Source: Eledone cirrhosa (taxonomy: Eukaryota). From it: a stretch of 64,000 nucleotides of DNA. The notes below the pieces were generated by a model, which saw only the letters and a program-made list of their open reading frames with translations, was not told the origin of the DNA and made no database searches. Below, piece by piece: positions 55,101-64,000 of this stretch (the first letter of the stretch is position 1; each line of letters begins with the position of its first letter). The stretch is taken from positions 24,986,001 through 25,050,000 of the forward strand of contig OZ024750.1 of the NCBI GenBank assembly GCA_964016885.1, read 5' to 3'. The position numbers were made by a program, and so were the translations under genes.

Positions 55101-56230
55101 ATTTAGTGATATAACTACAACACTAGTAAAGACCAACATACTAAGATTTAGTGATATATAACTACAACACTAGTAAAGACCAACATACGAAGATTTAGTG
55201 ATATATAACTACAACACTAGTAAAGACCAACATACTAAGATTTAGTGATATAACTACAACACTAGTAACGACCAACATACTAAGATTTAGTGATATAACT
55301 ACAACACTAGTAACGACCAACATACTAAGATTTAGTGATATAACTACAACACTAGTAACGACCAACATACTAAGATTTAGTGATATAACTACAACACTAG
55401 TAACGACCAACATACTAAGATTTAGTGATATAACTACAACACTAGTAAAGACCAACATACTAAGATTTAGTGATATATAACTACAACACTAGTAAAGACC
55501 AACATACGAAGATTTAGTGATATATAACTACAACACTAGTAAAGACCAACATACTAAGATTTAGTGATATAACTACAACACTAGTAACGACCAACATACT
55601 AAGATTTAGTGATATAACTACAACACTAGTAAAGACCAACATACTAAGATTTAGTGATATATAACTACAACACTAGTAAAGACCAACATACGAAGATTTA
55701 GTGATATATAACTACAACACTAGTAAAGACCAACATACTAAGATTTAGTGATATAACTACAACACTAGTAACGACCAACATACTAAGATTTAGTGATATA
55801 ACTACAACACTAGTAACGACCAACATACTAAGATTTAGTGATATAACTACAACACTAGTAACGACCAACATACTAAGATTTAGTGATATAACTACAACAC
55901 TAGTAAAGACCAACATACTAAGATTTAGTGATATATAACTACAACACTAGTAAAGACCAACATACGAAGATTTAGTGATATATAACTACAACACTAGTAA
56001 AGACCAACATACTAAGATTTAGTGATATAACTACAACACTAGTAACGACCAACATACTAAGATTTAGTGATATAACTACAACACTAGTAACGACCAACAT
56101 ACTAAGATTTAGTGATATAACTACAACACTAGTAACGACCAACATACTAAGATTTAGTGATATAACTACAACACTAGTAACGACCAACATACTGAGGAAT
56201 TTAGTGATGTAACTACAACACTAGTAAAAA
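43125..56230. repeat. 13-kb 45/47-bp minisatellite with higher-order repeat structure (roughly 280-290 units)
   Basis: (ta)tataactacaacactagtaacgaccaacatactaagatttagtga, with variant units recurring in fixed order. Confidence 0.97.
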
Positions 56231-56680
56231 TAACATTAATGTAGAATTTAGTGATTTATCTACAACACTAGTAATGACCAAAACAGTTGTAAGGAATTCA
56301 GACTTAGTAAGGACTAACATACTAATGCTGAATTTAGACTAGTAAGGACTAACAGTTTAATGAGTATATACTCTTTTTCTATATATATACTTCATGTACA
56401 TGAAGTATATACATAGAAATAGAGTATATATATAAAAATATAGAGTATATATATATATAATTGTGGTAAAAAAACTGGGTTATATCCGTAGTCAATAGAG
56501 CTCTCAGTCCAGAGGCCGAGAGTATGGTTTGCTAACTTGTGGACCTAAATCTGCCTCCCCCCCCCTCTCTCTCTCTATATATATATATATATAGTTCAAG
56601 GAGACAACACACAGAGTTACAAAATGTCTTATTAGTTTCACACTTTATATTGGAAAGAGGAAAGAAAATTTGACATATAC

Positions 56681-56713
<33 letters not shown>

Positions 56714-56730
56714 TGTATGTATGTATGTAT

Positions 56731-57362
56731 CTCATGGTCGGGTCGTTGGCGACTAAACTGGCAACCCCACCAAGGTTTCTTGGTGAGGAGGGTGACTTTG
56801 GACATCCTGCAGGACTAAAAACAAAACCTGTCAAAGGGCAGAGGAGCTCTTAAGAGTCAATCGCCATCCAAAATCACCGGGAGAGATGACCCCTTAGCCT
56901 TTGTCAAGGCAGAATTCTAGGAGAAGGAAAACTCTGATATAACACCTGCAACCCTGATGGTATCCAATGATGTTGACTTGTTCTTCTTTTTGGTAAATAT
57001 CATCTTGGTTAAGAGAGTGGGACTGGCTTTGTGCAGTGCCTTTGCTCACTATAAAAGCTTCACGGCACAGGCATTGCTTTATATCTGGAGATCTCTCTGC
57101 ACTTGTCGTCACATGGTACCATGGGCCTAGCACTATGTGCCAATAATTGTCACAGGTGTAGTATTTGTACCAGAGTTTTCAAGTCGCTGGCTGGACTAAA
57201 AAGTCACACTCGTTTAGCTCATCGGTAGGAGTTCTCCTACATGGATATAAAGTAGTGGCCATACTCGAAAACGAGTTGGCAGTCACCATGTATGTATGTA
57301 TGTATGTATGTATGTATGTATGTATGTATGTATGTATGTATGCATGTATGTATGTATGTATG
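56731..57362 (+). mobile_element. Internally deleted RTE element (5' UTR joined to C2H2-finger 3' end) with (TATG)n tail
   Basis: 5' UTR-like ctaggagaaggaaaactctga; 3' end HRCSICTRVFKSLAGLKSHTRLAHR*; (TATG)n at 57288-57362. Confidence 0.65.
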
Positions 57363-57371
57363 TTTGCATGT

Positions 57372-57929
57372 TATCTCTTTCCCTTAATCTCGAGTATATT
57401 TTTTTGACCGGCCACCTTCCTGGTGGCAAGGTTGTAAAAGAAAAGAAATTGTCATCCCTTGAATCGCAAGAATGTTTTGCAAATTTTGAAGGTGCCAGCT
57501 ATCGCAGCCATTTGTAGACTATGAATTAGGGAGCAGCGCTTTTTGTCCGCAAATCCAAGTTCAGTCATACTTTGGTCCAAGTGGGTTGGTATATAACCCG
57601 TAGCTCCAATAATGATGGGTATGAAGCTAAAGGTGTATCTTGGATACTGGATTTGTAAACTCATCATCAATTGTCCGTAGATGTCCTCCTTCTCCTGTAT
57701 TTTTCTGACAACGTTTACATCAAGTGGGCAGCTGATCTCCACAACAGAACACGTTTTCAATGTGTGGTCCGAAACAACAATATCAGGCCGGTTGTGCTTT
57801 AATTTGGTGGCAGTTTTTATTTTCAGGTTCCACCAGTATTCCTTAGTGCCATCTGTCTCAATATATTCTTCCTCGTTTGTTGTTAATTTTGTTTTCCAAA
57901 GTGCGTTCCAGATGGTTCTAGCTATCTAG
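57372..57929 (-). mobile_element. R4/Dong-clade non-LTR retrotransposon 3' fragment (restriction-like endonuclease)
   Basis: YWWNLKIKTATKLKHNRPDIVV..KTCSVVEISCPLDVNV..EKEDIY..IPIIIGATGYIP: a PD-(D/E)xK RLE signature; (TATG)n on both sides. Confidence 0.88.
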
Positions 57930-58441
57930 TATGTATGTATGTATGTATGTATGTATGTGTGTATGTATGTATGTATGTATGTATGTATGTATGTATGTAT
58001 GCATGTATGTATGTATATCATTTATAATGAAATTGGTGTTTTCTTTTCTTTCTAGTATCTTCCCTTTCAAGTTGTCCATCTGTGACCATGTAATATATAA
58101 ACCATTGATTTACTAATAAGGTACAATTGCCTTTAGAATTAGGTCAGCTGCTATTCCTAGACACTTTTATGGATTGATCAGGGTGAAGTTTGGATGAAAA
58201 GTCACATTTGTTCACTAACAAAACAATGAGAAAATTTCAGAGCTTTCAGAAAGTTATGGGCGAGAATTAATCATTTATAATTTATTGAGAAAATTCTATG
58301 AAGGTTTATTGACAATAAAAACAAATCTTGAATATCTGGTTCTTAATATTTATTTACAGTGGGAAGAGTTCCTGTTGTGAGAGTTATATAATGAGAAAGA
58401 AAGAGAGAATGAGGAGGGGAGGAAATGGGAGGGGTTGTTTT

Positions 58442-58945
58442 TTCTCTCTTCCATACCACCCTATCACTACCCCCTCTCTCTTCCATACCACCCTATCACT
58501 ACCCCCTCTCTCTTCCATTCCATACCACCCTATCCCTATCCCTCTCTCTTCCATACCACCCTATCCCTACCCCTCTCTCTTCTATACCACCCTATCACTA
58601 CCCCCTCTCACTACTCTCTCTTCGTTCCATACCACCCTATCAATACCCCTCTCTCTTCCATACCACCCTATCACTACCCCCTCTCACTACTCTCTCTTCG
58701 TTCCATACCACCCTACCACTACCCCTCTCTCTTCCATACCACCCTATCACTACCCCTCTCTCTCTTTCATCCCTCCCTATAACTACCACCTCTCTCTTCC
58801 ACCCCCTATCACTATCCCCTCTCCCTTCCATCACTACCTCACACTTCTCCTTTCTATCCTACCCTATCACTACCCCCCCTTCCATAGCACCCTATCAATA
58901 CCCCCCTCACACTTCTCCCTTCCATACCACTCTACCCCCCCCCCC
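58442..58945. repeat. ~32-bp C-rich minisatellite (G-rich on minus strand)
   Basis: ttccataccaccctatcactaccccctctctc. Confidence 0.88.
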
Positions 58946-59300
58946 GTTCATAGCGATCAATCACTTCCCCTCCCCCTTTACACCCATATTCATACACTCT
59001 ACACTTTCAACCCCTTGGCCATCATCTCCCTTCCTTTTAAATTACACTCTCAGACACTTCAACTGTTGAAGGACACACTAGATAATGCAGTCCTAAATAA
59101 CCCTAAAGAAGTAAAATGGTCATCACTAGAATGTCTGTGATTATAGGCCTGTCAATGAGAGCTGACCCTGGACTGAACAACAAATCTAGTTCAAGTAAAG
59201 GGGAAATAACTCCAAATCATAATTAGAATTATGCACTGAGAGAGATAAAACGAGTTTAGGGTCTAATCTTTATTTATGTGCTTTTTGGCAATTATAGCAG

Positions 59301-59345
59301 TGACTCTGGACGTGTTTCAGTATTGTAACACCTCCTCAATGAAGC
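59301..59345 (-). ncRNA. Degenerate hammerhead motif
   Basis: Minus strand reads tTGAGGA-GGTGTT-ac-AATACT-GAAAC-AC-GTC-cagag, with AATAAA downstream. C3 is mutated and stem I is poor. Confidence 0.45.
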
Positions 59346-59559
59346 ATAGCCTTTTCTCCAGTACTCGCCAGATCTAGTAATAGAGACACATCAGTTGTCA
59401 TGACAACATAATGACTAAGGGACACCATATGTACATATGTTGTCATGACAACACAATGACTAAAGGAAATTACTCAGGGACACCATATGTGCATATGTTG
59501 TCATGACAACATAATTACCAAGAGACACCATATGCATGAAATAATATTTAATAAACACT

Positions 59560-59842
59560 GTATATTAGTATGTATAAACACAATTTATATATTTGTGTGT
59601 ATATAAACACAATTTATATATTATTGTATATAAACACAATTTATATACTATTATATATAAATACAATTTATATAGGAATATATAAACAGTGTTTATATAT
59701 TTGTGTCTATATAAGCACAATTTATATATTGGTTTGTATATAAACACAATTTATATATTAGTATATAAACAGTGTTTATATATTTGTGTGTATAATTTAC
59801 ATATTAGTGTGTGTATAACCACAATTTATATATTTGTGTGTA
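59560..59842. repeat. AT-rich ~27-bp minisatellite
   Basis: tatataaacacaatttatatatt variants. Confidence 0.8.
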
Positions 59843-59929
59843 ATGCAAACACCACGAGTTGAAAGGCTTAAAAGTAAACATAGCACAGATGAAAGTCTTA
59901 ATAAGTAAGAAAGAGGGCAGGAGGCTGAT

Positions 59930-60240
59930 GCCATTAGGGAAGTGGCTGTGTTCAATATGTCAGAAAGGGGTAGGCAGAAAGTTCATAATGTGCACACAAT
60001 GACATCTATGGTCACACAAGAGATGTAGTGAGACTGCAAGTAGGCTAACAGAAAAGATAGACTTTACATGCAGCAAATGCACAAGAGAAATAAGTACTAA
60101 GAACATACATAGGGAGGTTCCTTGATTGTTGACAGCTTTTGTTACCTAGGTGACCAAATTATCAGTGGTGTTAGGGGAGGGGGATGCTCTGAAAATGTAA
60201 TAGCTAGGGTAAGAAAATGCTGAAAGAAGATGAGAGCTGC
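59930..60240 (+). mobile_element. Highly decayed RTE-type RT fragment
   Basis: VDSFCYLGDQI..GCSENVIARVRK-like segment. Confidence 0.55.
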
Positions 60241-60311
60241 CCCCAATATTTACTACTTAACTGCCCCCAATATTTACTACTTAACTGCCCCCAATATTTA
60301 CTACTTAACTG
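60237..60311. repeat. 24-bp perfect tandem x3
   Basis: ctgcccccaatatttactacttaa. Confidence 0.9.
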
Positions 60312-62035
60312 TTGTCACTTCTAAAGCCCTTTGACACCCTCACTATGGCACCCAGGTAGCTACTCTCTTCACCCCTATACACCCCATCACTATCTCTGCT
60401 TTGGTGTTCTCATCATTGCACCCTCCATGCTGTTAAAAGTCATCACTCCCCCACTCATCACTTTGCTATAACTTCATACTTATCTCCCTTCTATCCCCCC
60501 CCCCACTGGGTAAAGGATCAACGACCTCCCTAGTGTTGATGCTACGAAAATGCACCTAGTATACTCTGTAAAGTGGTTGGTAACAGGAAGGGCGCCCCAT
60601 TGTAGAAACCAGGCCTAAAAGTGATTGAAAGGTCCCTACAGTTGTATTACAGCACGACAGCCTCTCTAGTGTTGGTGATCTACACAATAAATACATCCAT
60701 TACATACTGTAAGGTGGTTGGTGATAGGAAGGGCATCAGCCGTAGAAAGCTTGCCAGACAAAGGGTTGAGAGGGCCCTTCAATTGTGTCAAAAGACATAA
60801 CACCCTTATGACACTCTTCTTCTCTCAATAGAATGTAAGACCGTACATAAGCGAAATGCAGACTCCCTAGCATGTTGGAGACGGTTGCTTCTGACAGGAT
60901 CCGCTGGAGGTATGTCAGAGGACTCTGCCCCCTCACAAGAATAAGGTGAAGAAGCAGAAGAAAAAGAAGATTTATCAACGAGAACCTGGAGCAGATATTG
61001 AACCCGTAACTCAGCTTTTGCCGCCCTCTTTTACTTTTAAATGTAATTAGGTCGGTCGCTTAAAACAGAGACAATCACGTAAAGAAATGTGAGTAGTGTG
61101 TCGCTTATAACATCAAACAAAGCTTTTAATGACGCCAATTAATCTACATATATAATGTATATATTATTGTTTATTTTGCCTTTCATCCTTACGGGGTCGA
61201 TAAAATAAAGTACCAGTAATGCACTGGGTTTTTGCTGGCCTTGTGCCAAAAAGTAGAAACAATTATTGTTTATTTATATATCGTGAGTAATAATAATATA
61301 ACTAAATATATAGCTGGAAACTTGAAATATATAAACGGAGAATTATATAAATATATAATATATATAGCTAAAAATAAAATAATAAAAGTATGAAAAATTG
61401 TGGGTGAATCAAGCTGACTTAATCAGTTCCTTTCGTGTTGGTGTGTGTATTAGGCAAGTCTTTATTCTATCAACCTGCTCACACACTCTCTCATGTATAT
61501 AATATATTAAACATTCTCAGAACATCTCTTTCTCCTCTCAATCTGTCTGTCTATCTATCTACCTACCTCTTCTCTCTGTCTATTTATCTCTCGCTCTCTC
61601 TCTCTTTGGTTTGCTGAGAATATTTGGACCGTCGTGGTAATATGACTTGAACTAGTTTCTCTCTCTCTCTTCTTTTTTTTTACTTGGGTCTTATTTTTCC
61701 TCCCCTATTTCGTATTTATTTCACTCCGAACCTAAATATGTTTTTATTCTAAGATAGGCAGATACATATATACATTCATATATATATACATACATATATA
61801 TACTCACACATATATATACTCACACATATACATGTGTATATTGTATATGTTCGGCGGGTGAGTGTATGTATGTATGAAATAGATAACTGTAGATTCTATG
61901 TGTGTGTCTTAATCCCTGCTTTATCAACATTTACTTCACCTCTAACGAACACAACAACAACAAAAGAAGACGAAGAAATCAAAAAAGAAAAACGAAAATA
62001 TTTCTAAAGAATGGATTAAACACAAAAACCCTGTA

Positions 62036-63308
<1,273 letters not shown>

Positions 63309-64000
63309 TAGGTGATAGTTCGTTTGATATTTTATTTTATATTACATATTGATGTTCGATACCCAGATGAGGATCATCTCTACCTTGGTATGCGTCTAAT
63401 TGCCTAATGACCATATTTAAGATATATAATTAAGATATATATTGAATGGATATTTTATTTATTACATATTGATCTGGTATTATTTTATTTATCACGTATT
63501 GATTGGCTATGTTATTACATATTGATCTATGTTAATAGTGAGTGTTTTACTATATATTTCTGGCAATATTATAACATGACCCTCCCCAAATATAACATTA
63601 TTTGGTTCAACACGCGATTTCATATAAAAGACCTGATATTTTATTTATCACATTGGTTTGATATTATATCATATTGATTTGATAATTTATCATATTGGTT
63701 GGATATTTTATCATATTGATTTAATGTTATCATATTGATTTGATATTTTATCACATTGATTTGATATTTTATCACATTGATTTTTAAAAAATTCATTTAT
63801 TTTGGTTATAACGTTTTAAGTTTTATTCAATAGAGACTAAATGATAACTATCTTTTAATATTTTAGATATTATTGGGGGGGGGGGGGGTTTCTCTGCTTT
63901 GGCCCCTCCAATAATGTAGAAAATATCGCCTTTAAATATAGGACTCTCTCCAGAGCCCTGCGATCATTGCCCAAGCCATTTGGGGGTCTTGATTTTCGTA

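Noticed and set aside
43125-56230. CRISPR array, or mucin-like ORFs (TNILRFSDITTTLV)n
   Set aside because: No unique spacers and no cas genes. The ORFs arise only because 45 is divisible by 3 and are broken by every 47-bp unit.

Overview
AT-rich eukaryotic DNA, dense in microsatellites and transposons. The SINE/RTE families and (TA)n/(CAT)n content suggest a coleoid cephalopod such as Octopus; this is an inference. The only confidently identified gene is the first coding exon of a FAM102/EEIG1 (NT-C2) homolog at 63159-63307 (+), which is too short for the ORF track. A second, unidentified gene probably runs on the minus strand, with its best exon at 24673-24891. The rest comprises tRNA-headed SINEs, RTE-clade LINE ends, an R4/Dong-like endonuclease fragment, decayed mariner copies, piggyBac/hAT/Tc1-type MITEs and many minisatellites, including a 13-kb 45/47-bp array with higher-order structure. 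Almost all long ORFs in the track are repeat artefacts. The most notable unannotated signal is a set of minimal type I hammerhead-ribozyme motifs of the Penelope/retrozyme kind, mostly next to (TA)n. A near-complete hammerhead lies in each arm of a perfect 153-bp palindrome (12655-13000). A 111-bp hairpin (15796-15906) looks like a hammerhead converted into a palindrome. Everything was read by eye, and boundaries of degenerate repeats are approximate.
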